A stretch of DNA of 64,000 nt, from the NCBI GenBank assembly GCA_951406725.2, contig OX597831.1, positions 52,390,001 through 52,454,000 of the forward strand. Reading direction: 5' to 3'. This document shows, piece after piece, positions 11,988 to 25,299 of this stretch. A program made the translations under genes and the position numbers. This DNA comes from Octopus vulgaris. Lineage: Eukaryota. The notes below the pieces were generated by a model that was not told the origin of the DNA, did not search any database, and saw only the letters and a list, made by a program, of their open reading frames with translations. Numbering within the stretch: position 1 is the stretch's first letter; each line of letters opens with the position of its first letter.

Positions 11988-12590
11988 CGAGGTGGTAACA
12001 AAACGTTCCCGGACTAGTTCTGTAGCTCACCAACAGATGGCAGCCAACGGTTGCGTACGCAGTGAAAGCTATCAGTGACCTTCATGAGGCAGTGTGCCGA
12101 GTGACTTCGTAAATTGTAAAATTTGTGCTTTTGTGATCACGTGTATGCTGAAGTCTGCGATTTTATCATGGACAGGAACAAAAAAAAAAAAAAAAACAAC
12201 GTAAAATTTTGGGTTAAACTTGGGAAATCTGCTACAGAGACAGGGAGCATGCTTCGGCAAGCTTACGGTGACGATACAATGGCTCGCACGCAATGTTTCG
12301 AACGGCATGGGAGCTTCAAAACGGAAGAGAGTCTTTGGAAGACCTGCCACGAGCGTCACCCTCAAATATGTGGTATTCTGCATCGAGAGTTCGTTCCCCC
12401 GGGGCCAGACCGTCAATAGAGAGTTTTATTGCGACATTTTGAAGGAGGACATTCGGGGAAAGCAACCAGATCTGTGGAGCGCGAAAAATTGAATTCTTCA
12501 CCGAGCTCTCCTCACTCGTCAGTTTCTCGCCAAAAACAACATGGTATCACTTCCGCCCTATTCACTAAATTTAGCACCTGCGGACTCTCA
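11988..12590 (+). mobile_element. Internally deleted mariner element (left TIR + transposase fragments)
   Basis: TA|CGAGGTGGTAACAAAACGTTCCCGGACT start; VKFWVKLGKSATETGSMLRQAYGDDTMARTQCFE (mariner HTH); GILHREFVPP/GQTVNREFYCDIL; PPYSLNLAPAD (YSPDLAP motif); several frameshifts. Confidence 0.85.
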
Positions 12591-12599
12591 AGCAAAAGT

Positions 12600-13012
12600 A
12601 TGTACCGTCTAGAGGTCAGCTGTCCTGCTAATGTGAATATCTCTCTGAAAATCAAAGAGAAAAAAAGATAAAACTATGGACAACTGAGTCGAAACGTCCA
12701 GCTTCTATATCAAGATTATAAATTTTCATTGCTACCAATAATAATAATTGGTGCACTTGGCTTTGTAAGTAAATGCCTAACTATCAGTCTGGATAGGCTT
12801 GGATTTTCAAAGAAAGAAATCAACCAACTGACTCACAAATTACAAATACCATTTGTAAGTGGAACAGTAATATTATGCAAGACTTTCCTGAGGTTTAAAA
12901 TATGACATTGTTTTACGTTGTCTACATTCCAATGGTGGAGTTTTGTATCTTTGTCAGAAACCAGCCACTTCTTCAGAGGAAGAATTTAAGTGATTAAATA
13001 GAGACGAGAAAC
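12600..13012 (+). mobile_element. 3' end of an R4/Dong-like non-LTR retrotransposon (restriction-like endonuclease), ending in (CATA)n
   Basis: LEVSCPANVNISLKIKEKK, a frameshift in an A-run, then NYGQLSRNVQLLYQDYKFSLLPIIIIGALGFVSKCL...GTVILCKTFLRFKI* (TGA 12903-12905). E..CP...K..K..Y and PIIIGALG are typical of RLE C-termini. Confidence 0.7.
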
Positions 13013-13478
13013 ACATACATACATACATACATACATACATACATACATACATACATACATACATACATACATACATACATACATACATACATTAATGTTT
13101 GTTTATATGTCAAATTATATGTGGTTTCAAATTTTGGGACAAGGGCAGTAAGTTTAGAGGCGAAGGGTCAGTCGATTACATCGACCCCAGTGTTCAGCTG
13201 GTATTTATTATATTAATCAGATGAAATGGAAAGTCGAGATTGGCGGAATTTGAATCCAGAATATCAATGCCGGGAGAAATGTCGCTAAAATTCTTGTCCG
13301 ACTTGCTAACGATTCTGCCAGCTTGCTACTTTCACCTCAAGATATATATACGAAAAAACAATTTAACATTAAACTTAAAAATTACTCAAAAATTACTCAA
13401 TACTTTTGGGGTGAGTACATGTTTATTAAACTTTTGCAATAAACGTGACAGTGACTTCGGAGTAAATACATACATACA

Positions 13479-13542
<64 letters not shown>

Positions 13543-13794
13543 GTTATGTATGTATGTATGTATGTATGTACGTGTGTGTGTGTATGCACATATATATCTT
13601 CATACTAAAAGCATGCTTAAAGCATGTCCAAAGACGTCATGACTCAAGCGATCCAAACACCAGACTGCAACTTTCTTTTCTTCTCCCCTATCTTACTCTT
13701 TCGCGCTTTTATTTATCTCCCTTTCTACTCTCTCTCCCTCTCCTTTTCTCTTCTCACTCTCCCCCCTCTCTCTCTCTATATATATATATAATGT

Positions 13795-13846
<52 letters not shown>

Positions 13847-13937
13847 TGACAGATAGACAGATAGATAGATAGATAGATAGATAGACATATAGATAGATAG
13901 ATAGATTGATAGATAGACAGATAGATAGATAGCTAGC

Positions 13938-13989
<52 letters not shown>

Positions 13990-13990
13990 C

Positions 13991-14059
<69 letters not shown>

Positions 14060-14213
14060 TGTGTATGTGTGCGCGCGTGAGGTATCTTATCTCCCCATTC
14101 CTTCTAATTCTCTCAATCATTCGGTATCCGTCTCCAGATATTTCTTTCAATCTGTTACTCTACCTCTTTTCTTCATTTCTCTTTTCCTCTGTTTCATCAC
14201 GTCTCTACCCCAC

Positions 14214-14261
<48 letters not shown>

Positions 14262-14702
14262 GTCTTTCTCTCTCTCACTCTCTCTCTCTCTCTCTCTTTA
14301 TGTTTCCATATTCTTCATCCCTCTTTTTCTCTGTCTTTCTTCCTGCTTCCATATTCTTCACCCCTCTCTTTCTCTTTCCTTTTCTCTTCCTCCGTCTCCG
14401 TCTCCCTCTCTCTCTCTCTCGCTCTCTCTTTGTTTTTCTATATTCTTCACCTCTCCCATTCTCCCTCTCTACTTATTCTCCACACAGTCTTCATCTTTCA
14501 CATCCTCTCCACCTTCCATTTGTTTTAACTACCCACCACCCCTATTGCACTTCCTCACCACCCTCTCAGCCCCCTAGTTACACGACACAACACCTATTAG
14601 CATCACCTCTAGACTACCACCACCACCACCACCACCACTGCCACCTGATTCACTGTAACACACACCGCCACACTTTCCATTTATTCTCCACCCCGTCAAT
14701 TG

Positions 14703-14703
<1 letters not shown>

Positions 14704-14750
<47 letters not shown>

Positions 14751-14784
14751 TATTTCTATTTCTATTTCCTCTTCTTCTTCTTCT

Positions 14785-14818
<34 letters not shown>

Positions 14819-15001
14819 TCTTCTTCTTCTTCTTCTTCTATTTCTATTTCTATTTCCTCTTCTTCTTCTTCTTCTCCTTCTTCTTCTTTTTCTTCTTCTT
14901 CTTCCTCTTCTTCTTCCTCGTCTTCTTCCTCTTCTACTTCTTCCTCTTCTTCTTCCTCTTCTTCTTCTTCCTTTTCTTCTTCTTCCTCTTCTTCTTCCTT
15001 T

Positions 15002-15058
<57 letters not shown>

Positions 15059-15073
15059 TCTTCTTCTTTTTCT

Positions 15074-15157
<84 letters not shown>

Positions 15158-15186
15158 GCTGCTACTGCTGCTGCTGCTGTTGTTGC

Positions 15187-15218
<32 letters not shown>

Positions 15219-15320
15219 TTGCTGCTACTGCTGCTGCTGCAACTACTGCTGCTGCTGCTGTAACTGTTGCATATACTGCTGCTACTGGTGCCACAGTTGT
15301 TGTTGCTGTTGTTGCTACTA
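14704..15320. repeat. Compound trinucleotide array (CTT)n-(ACA)n-(ACT)n-(GCT)n upstream of the UNC-93-like exon
   Basis: Read directly; source of the spurious poly-S/T/A and poly-E ORFs. Confidence 0.95.
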
Positions 15321-16426
15321 TGCAGAGCTTCTCTCGTCGGCCATTACTCTCTCTGCTCTCCTCATCCCCCTCAAATCCTCTTCTTTCGATGTTTACCCTC
15401 TCTTTCTCTTTCTTTCTCTCTTTCTCATTCTTTCTCTCTCACTCTTTTCCTCTCCTTCTCTCCTCTCTCGCAAATCCTTCTCTCTCTTTATGCTCACTCA
15501 TCTTCTCACCATTCCTCGCATTCATTCCTTCACTCTCTCATTCTCTTTTCTCCTCGCCCTTCTCCTCCTCCTCCTCCACCTCTTCCTACCTCTGCCCCTC
15601 TTGCTCCTTCCTATCTCAGTGATATACACATTCATGCGCACGCGCACGCACATGCAATGAGGAAAAGCGAAGAACAGAGAGAGGGAGAAAAATAACCGAT
15701 ATTCTCTCAGACACACAGACACACAGACACACGCACATCCATATTCATATGCATACACACACACACACACGTATGTACACACACATATTTGTACACATGT
15801 GCACACATGTACACATCTACGCGCACAGTTTCCAACCTCAATAAGTGACTCTCACTCACTCTGTCTGTCCGTCTGTCTGTATGTCTGTCTGTCTCTTCTC
15901 TCTCTCTCTCTCTCTTCTCTTCTGTTCCTCCCCTTCCTTTTCCCTCAGTCTCTCTCTCTGCCTCTCTCTCAATGGACTCTCCCGCAAGATATGGAGAACA
16001 GGATTAAAGTGGTGCGCGATGTAAGCGCCTTTTCGGGGTCCTTTCCTCATACTGACCCTCGGATTTTCCTGTCGGTCAGCAGGGACAAGAAGAAATACTG
16101 TCGAGGGAGATTGTAAGGTCGGCTGCTACGCCAGGGAAGAACGAAGACGATACACATAACACTCATTCAAACACATACACAGCACACACGCACATAGTTA
16201 CATATATACACTTTCTTAGACACTCACACATAGATGTATGTATGCACACTGACAAAGACACAAACACAGACATAGAAACAGACAAACATACACGCACACA
16301 CCGTCATCTGCAATCTCCTTCCTTCCATTCGGGCGAACGAGGAAGGAGGACGCCGTTCTTTCTTGTTTAATATGGCCGGTATAGCAACAGCAACGGTTCA
16401 CATAGGATGTAATATCTGTTTCAAAC

Positions 16427-17561
16427 ATGGATTTACGAGTGGATGGTTATAGCTGCGAAGGTGGCCCACCGCCGCCTGAACCGCGTTCTAGGAAAATGTC
16501 TCTGTCACCTTGGGATATGGGTGGTATTAGCAGTGGTATTGGAATGGGTTTCGGTTTGTATCGGCCCCGTCGTCCGAGCTACCTTTATGCAACGCAAGTC
16601 AATCGACAACGGAGCGAGAGCTATCGACATGCTGTACGCAGGGAGAATGCTGATGTCCTTGAACAGACCGATGATTTCATTGACGGAATGCTTCAGAGAA
16701 AGCGTAAAGAAAGCTATATGAAAGCAACCCGAAAAATTGAGGATGTCGAATTAGAATCGTTCCAAAATAGATTGACGGCGCCCGAATTGGCACTAAAGCC
16801 GGGCGAAGTGCAGAGAAATAGCAGTTTGGTAAGTAACAGTACAAAGAAGGAGAGGCGGAAACCCAAGCGTGACACACGCAATTCTCACGTCGTGTTTCAG
16901 GAACCCGAGGAGAGTGCTTGTCCAAGTGAAGACGGAACTATTGCACCATTTGTTGTGTTCACTTTTAAAAAGAACCTCGTGCTGATTTGTATCAGCTTCA
17001 TTTTAACTTTCTCGGCATTTTGCGCGATTCAAAACCTGCAGTCTTCCATCAATTCCGAAGGATACCTGGGTATAATTTGCATGAGCTGTGTGCATGGCAT
17101 GATGTTGGTCACCTGTCTGGCAGCCCCATCCATTATCAATAAACTAACTGCCAAGTGGGCCCTCGCCCTGGGGATGTTCTGTGACATTGTATGGGTGGGA
17201 GCAAACTTTCATCCACTTTTCTACACACTCATCCCCAGTGCCTTGCTGGCCGGGTTCGGACAGGGTATTTTGTGGCGCGCTGAGGTTTCCTATATCCTCA
17301 AATTGGCTTTCGATTCCGCCCGCGTACGGAAGGACATTCTTGAATACGAGATCTTCCGGTTTCATGGAATTTTCTTAGCTTGTTTCCAAACCACACACAT
17401 CTGGGGCAACTTGATTTCCTCATTAATTCTCAGTACCTCCTCCAAAAAATCACCAACTCTTAAAATAGATGATGTTCAGACTAATCAATGTGGTGTTCTG
17501 GATTCATGTTCCCATGATAACGTCCTTTACGGGAAACATTTGTTACAATCCAACAAAGACG
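16427..17561 (+). CDS. First coding exon (378 codons + 1 nt) of an UNC-93-like (UNC93A-type) MFS membrane protein with a ~180-aa cytoplasmic N-terminal extension
   Basis: The ORF from ATG 16427 gives KKNLVLICISFILTFSAFCAIQNLQSSINSEGYLG...ANFHPLFYTLIPSALLAGFGQGILWRAEVSY...FHGIFLACFQTTHIWGNLISSLIL, which follows the N-terminal half of UNC-93 family proteins (LQSS, YTLIP, WGNLISSL motifs). Non-repetitive sequence ends at a canonical donor G|GTAAGT (17561|17562), after which the ORF runs into (ATT)n. The exact paralog cannot be assigned. Confidence 0.9.
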
Positions 17562-17587
17562 GTAAGTACTTGCACTTTTTATATTTC

Positions 17588-19252
<1,665 letters not shown>

Positions 19253-19725
19253 GGGGGGAGGGTTATTGATATCTTACATTGGTACAAGGCCATATACTTG
19301 CAAGGGAGAACACTCAGTTGAGTCGATTAACTTGATTGATACCAGAGTATGATTGGTATCTACCCTCCCCTCCGGAGGGGACGGAATAAATAGCAAATAC
19401 TGGTTTATATCGACTTCGTTGGTGAATGCGAACTTGCGAACTCGGAAAATCTAGGGACGAAACTAAAAAAAAAAAAAGAAAAAAGAAAAAAAGAAAACAT
19501 GTCAGAATATTAGTGTGGCGTTGTACTTTTTTTCGCTATTCCGCCATATTCGAAACGGCTGTTGTTTTTATTGTCACCCTTACCTCCTTATTTTCTGAGT
19601 TCAAACCCCGCTGAAGTTGACCTTGCCCTTCATCCGTTCGAGCTCAGAAAATAAAATTATAATAATTCAACTACTGGGCTGTATCTAAGAAACTGTTCCT
19701 TTCCATCAAATTTTCTAGTGTCATG

Positions 19726-19789
<64 letters not shown>

Positions 19790-20042
19790 CATCATCATCA
19801 TTATCATCATCATCATTATAATTATTACTGAAGGCAGTGAGCTGGCAGAATCGTTAGCACACAGGGTAAAATGCTTAGCGGTATTTCGTCCATCTTTACG
19901 TTCTGATTTCAAATCACGCCGAGGCCGACTTTGCCTTACATACTTTCGGAGTCGATAAATTAAGTACCAGTGAAACACTGGGATCACTGTAATCCACTAG
20001 TCCCTTCCCTCAAATTTTCAGGCGTTGTGCCTTTAGTAGAAA

Positions 20043-20146
<104 letters not shown>

Positions 20147-20739
20147 CATGGGTTGTTCGTTTAAAGAATTCGGGGACCCTGGTATCCATTCCGACATAGA
20201 ACCATTCCATAAATACGAACTTGCTCACTTAACGTTAACGCATTTCGGAAACAACAGATGACGCCACAGCCACTAATTTCTCACTGGGAGGGAAAAAATG
20301 TCACGTTTTGATGACCATTTAAGAGACTAAGAGAAAGAAGATAGACGCTTTTAAAGAACACTCTCTCTCTCACACACACACACACACAGGCACGCACACA
20401 CTCACACACGCACACGCACGCACACAAACATACACAAACATACAGACACATACACACATTCACACACATTGAATAAAGAAAATTAAATAAAATGATAACA
20501 ATAGTTTTGAAGTGTCTTCTTTGTATAACGTTTCTAACCCATCCCTCTCGTTTTCATATATTTGTTTTGTTCAACCTATTAAACGCTTCCTTTTTTCCTT
20601 TTTTTGTAATTCTCCTCCCGAGTTTTAACGTTTCATATTCTTGTGTATCGATGAAATCCGATTGTAATAGCTCTGCGTGACGAAATAGATGAATTTCATC
20701 TAATTTGGCATAATCGCTTGAGTGTCGAACAAAATGCAT

Positions 20740-21610
20740 TACTGTATTTGTTCCGGCTCTTTACGCTCTGAACTGAAATCCTGCCAAGGTCAACTGTGAT
20801 CTTTCATCACGCCGATGCTGATTAAAATACAGTACCAGTCATATACTAGGGTTTATTTAATCAGCTAAAATCCCTTCCCAAATTTTCAGGCTTTGTGTCT
20901 GTTAGATGAAAAAGAAAAAAAAACGTCAGGATGATGGTTTGGCAGAATAGTTAGGGCGTCAGACAAATTGGTTCTTTGCAGTATTAGCTCTCTAGTTCTG
21001 GGCTCAAATCCCGTTGAAGTCAACTATATCTTTTATCCTTTCGAGGTCGATGAAAAAAAAAAGAGTACTGTTCAAGAACTGGAATCGTTGGTATCGACTA
21101 AAACTTGCCCTAAAAATTGCTGTTTTGTGCCTAAAGGAGAAACCATTATTATTGTCATTAAGGTGTGGAACTGATAAGATCGTTAGCACGTCGGACAAAA
21201 TGCTATGGGGCATTTAGTCCGTCTTTACGTTCTGATTTCAAATTCCGCTGAGGTCGTCTTTGCCTTTCATCCTTTCACGAATCGATAAAATAAGTACCAG
21301 TTGTAACACTGGAGTCGATGTAATCGACTTGTGCCCATCCCCACTTGTTGGCCTTATGCTAAAATTTGAATTGTTGTTAAGGCGTCGAGTTGGCAGAATC
21401 ATTAGCACGTTGGACAAAATGCTAGGGGCATTTTTTTTTTTACCGTTCTTTACGTTCTGAGTTCAAATTTTGCCGAGGTAACTTTACTTTTTATCCATTC
21501 AGTGTCGTAAATCGATAAAATAAGTACCAGTTGAATACTGAGGTCAATTTAATCGACTTACCCCCTCCCGAAATTGCTGGCCTTGTGCCAAAATTTGAAA
21601 CCATTATTAT
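20740..21610 (+). mobile_element. Head-to-tail cluster of about four SINE family B copies
   Basis: Repeated unit GGCGAGCTGGCAGAATCGTTAGCACG...TCTGAGTTCAAATTCCGCCGAGGTCGACTTTGCCTTTCATCCTTTCGGGGTCGATAAAATAAGTACCAG...GCCAAAATTTGAAACCA(TTA)n. Other copies at ~760-1150, 1607-1790, 3121-3420, 13117-13325(-), 19830-20045, 22770-22900, 32850-33075, 34370-34590, 38710-38920, 40248-40390, 42945-43460, 45300-45720 and 51895-52563(-). Confidence 0.85.
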
Positions 21611-21904
21611 TATCATTGTTGTTGTTGTTTGTTATTGTTTTTGTTTTTTTATATTGTAAGAATATTAATAGGAGGCAAGTTCTTAGAATTGGTAGAATGG
21701 AGTCGGATTAGATGTCATGTAGTCTCCATTTATGTCCCTTTTATTACGTTCCGAGTTCAAATCTCGGCTACGTGAGTTTACTTCACTTCCTTTCCTTCCG
21801 GTGTGATGGATAAAATAAGTAACCATACCATATCATGTCATACCATTACCAGACTATGTACCAGTTATATATTGTGGCCAAGTCAATCGATTAGAGCAGC
21901 TTCC

Positions 21905-21936
<32 letters not shown>

Positions 21937-21979
21937 TCCCTTGCAAATGTCTAGCATTGTGCCAATGTACGAAATGAAT

Positions 21980-22024
<45 letters not shown>

Positions 22025-22265
22025 TGGCGCTTTTAACAAATAAAGTGAATATTTATATATTTTATTTATATTTCATTTATTTATCTATTTATAAGCGTGA
22101 TGGCGTTGATAGAAGAAAGGGTGAAGTGTCGTAAGGAATGATTTACGGCATTTAGTCAACAGTCAACGCCCTCTATGTTCTTAGTTCAAATACAGCAGGC
22201 TGAGGTCGAGACTCTGCCTCTCAAGCACTTCAAATCGGGAATCACATACACACATACATACATAC

Positions 22266-22360
<95 letters not shown>

Positions 22361-22695
22361 CATACATATATACGTACATATATTCATATATGCGTTATAC
22401 ATGTGTATATATATATATATATATATATAAACATATATGAATCTAAGTGTGCGAGTGTGCTTGTGTTAGCATCCGTGTGTGTGTGTGTACGTATGTGTGT
22501 GAACCAGACATGTAACAGAATACCATATAGTCGTTCCTCTTATGAATTATGTAGCATTGAGCTTAAACTGTTACAAAAGCAAAAACGAAAAAAAAACCAG
22601 GATCACAGTCGCACGGTCGTCATCATTCTCATTACTATGTTGATAATTATTCCTATGGAATCACTATCACAATTATCATCGTTGTTATCATCACC

Positions 22696-22751
<56 letters not shown>

Positions 22752-22898
22752 CATTATTATTATTATTACTCCGCCGAGGTCGACTTTGCATTTTTTCTTT
22801 TCGGAGTCGATAAATTAAGTACCCGTGAAACACTGGGGTCGATATAATCGACTCATCCCCTTCCCTAAAATGGCTGCCCTTGTGGCAAAATTTGAAAC

Positions 22899-22959
<61 letters not shown>

Positions 22960-23085
22960 ATCATCATCATCAGCATCATTATCATCATCATCATCATTGT
23001 TATTGCTATCATCACAATTATTGTTATCCTTAACATTATTGTTATTATCATTTCTTCTTCTTCTTCTTCTTCTTCTTCTTCTTCT

Positions 23086-23116
<31 letters not shown>

Positions 23117-23300
23117 TCTTCTATTTTTCTTGTCTTTTATTTATTTATTTATTTATTGCTTTCCTCTCATCATGGAGGAATAACCACGTGACAGCTTTCC
23201 TGACGCAACTAGAAAAGTGAGGTATCTTGTTTTTCAGGAGAGTCGCTGAATATCAATTTCGGGAGTGATTTGTGATGTGATGTGAGGTGTGTGTGTATGT

Positions 23301-23349
<49 letters not shown>

Positions 23350-23845
23350 TGTCTGTCTGTCTGTCTGTACGCGCGTGCGTGTGTGTGCGTGTGATATCTC
23401 TTGTTTTACTTATTTCCCAAAAAGGTTTCGCACATTTATGTATAAATCTCACCACACGTTGTAGCATCATCATCTTGTATCTTTACATTCCACTTTACGG
23501 AAGCGATAGCAGACACTCACAAACATACATACATACATACATACATACATACATACATACATACATACATACATACATACATACGTACATACATACATAC
23601 ATACATACATACATACAAGCATACATACATACATACATACATACATACATACATACATACATACATACATACATACATACATACATACATACACGCACAT
23701 GTAGATAGCACATATATACAGAGATATATGTGCGTGAATTATGTATGTATACGTATATGTGGCTCTGTATGGATGCGTGTGTATGTGTGTGTATGTATGT
23801 GTGTGTATATATATATATATGTGTGTGTATATATATATATGTATA

Positions 23846-23908
<63 letters not shown>

Positions 23909-24228
23909 CCTGTGTTTGTCTGCGCGTGTGTCTGTATACGATCGAGTGTGAGTGAGTGAGTGAGTGAGTGAGTGAGCGAGTGAATGACTGAGTGAGTGAT
24001 GATACTTTGCAAATCGAGAGCTAGCCAGTTGAAAGTATGGTGTAATAGCAATAATAACGATACTAATAGAGATTGTAGCGGTAGAGAGAGAAACCTCCCA
24101 CCAAACGTGATAGTCTATTACAAAGTGCAGCAGCCGAATTTCAGGCTACTGCAAACGGTGGGATTTAAAGGATTCCTAATAGGAATTCAATGCGTGTTTG
24201 TCTGTCTTACTCGTCCGCTTATGCTGCA

Positions 24229-24322
<94 letters not shown>

Positions 24323-24385
24323 ATATCTATCTATCTATCTATCTATCTATATGTGTTATTTGTGTGTGTGTGCGCGCGTGTATTA

Positions 24386-24446
<61 letters not shown>

Positions 24447-24506
24447 GTACACATATATGTATATGTATATATACGTACTTATATGTATTATACATATATA
24501 TGCATG

Positions 24507-24540
<34 letters not shown>

Positions 24541-24599
24541 CACATATATGTATATGTATATGTGCGTACGTATATGTATTATACATATATATGCATGTA

Positions 24600-24633
<34 letters not shown>

Positions 24634-24645
24634 CACATACATATA

Positions 24646-24681
<36 letters not shown>

Positions 24682-25299
24682 TGTACGTATGTATACATAT
24701 GTATATGTGTATACATGTATATGTGTATACATGTATATGTACGTGTGTACATACATACATGCATATGTACTTACATACTTTTACACACGCAAATATATAA
24801 AATACATAAAACTTAATCTCGCCGCCATTTGTATGTATGTATTTGTCTAAGAATAAATGTATTTGCATATTACGTATTTATGCAATATATATATATATAT
24901 ATATATATATACTGGCTCATGTGCACACACGCACTTATACACACATACACGCACACACACGCATTCAAGGAAATGTCGACATACATACATACTTACGTAC
25001 GTGCATTTATGTGTGTGCATATATATATGTGTCCGTTTCTGTTCATGTTATATATATGTGTGTGTGTGTTTGTACATGTATATGTATATATTTATCTACA
25101 TGCATATGTATATATCTATATGTATATATAGGTACATGTATATGTATGTGTGCGTGTGTATGTGTGTGTTATACACATGCATATGTATGCCTCTATGTAA
25201 CACTCACACATACGGGAACAGAAAAAAAAATCATTATTTCTAAAATACTGTGCATTCAAGTAATTTCTGCAGTATTCAGATGTTTATAACGTTTCCTCT

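Noticed and set aside
14300-15622. 440-aa ORF with poly-L/S/T/A, and the opposite-strand poly-V/E/R ORF
   Set aside because: Translation of (CT)n and trinucleotide arrays; open in several frames, with no domain content.
20740-21610. Regularly repeated units resembling a CRISPR-like array
   Set aside because: Units are ~200-bp diverged SINE copies in a eukaryotic context, with no short identical repeats, unique spacers or cas genes.
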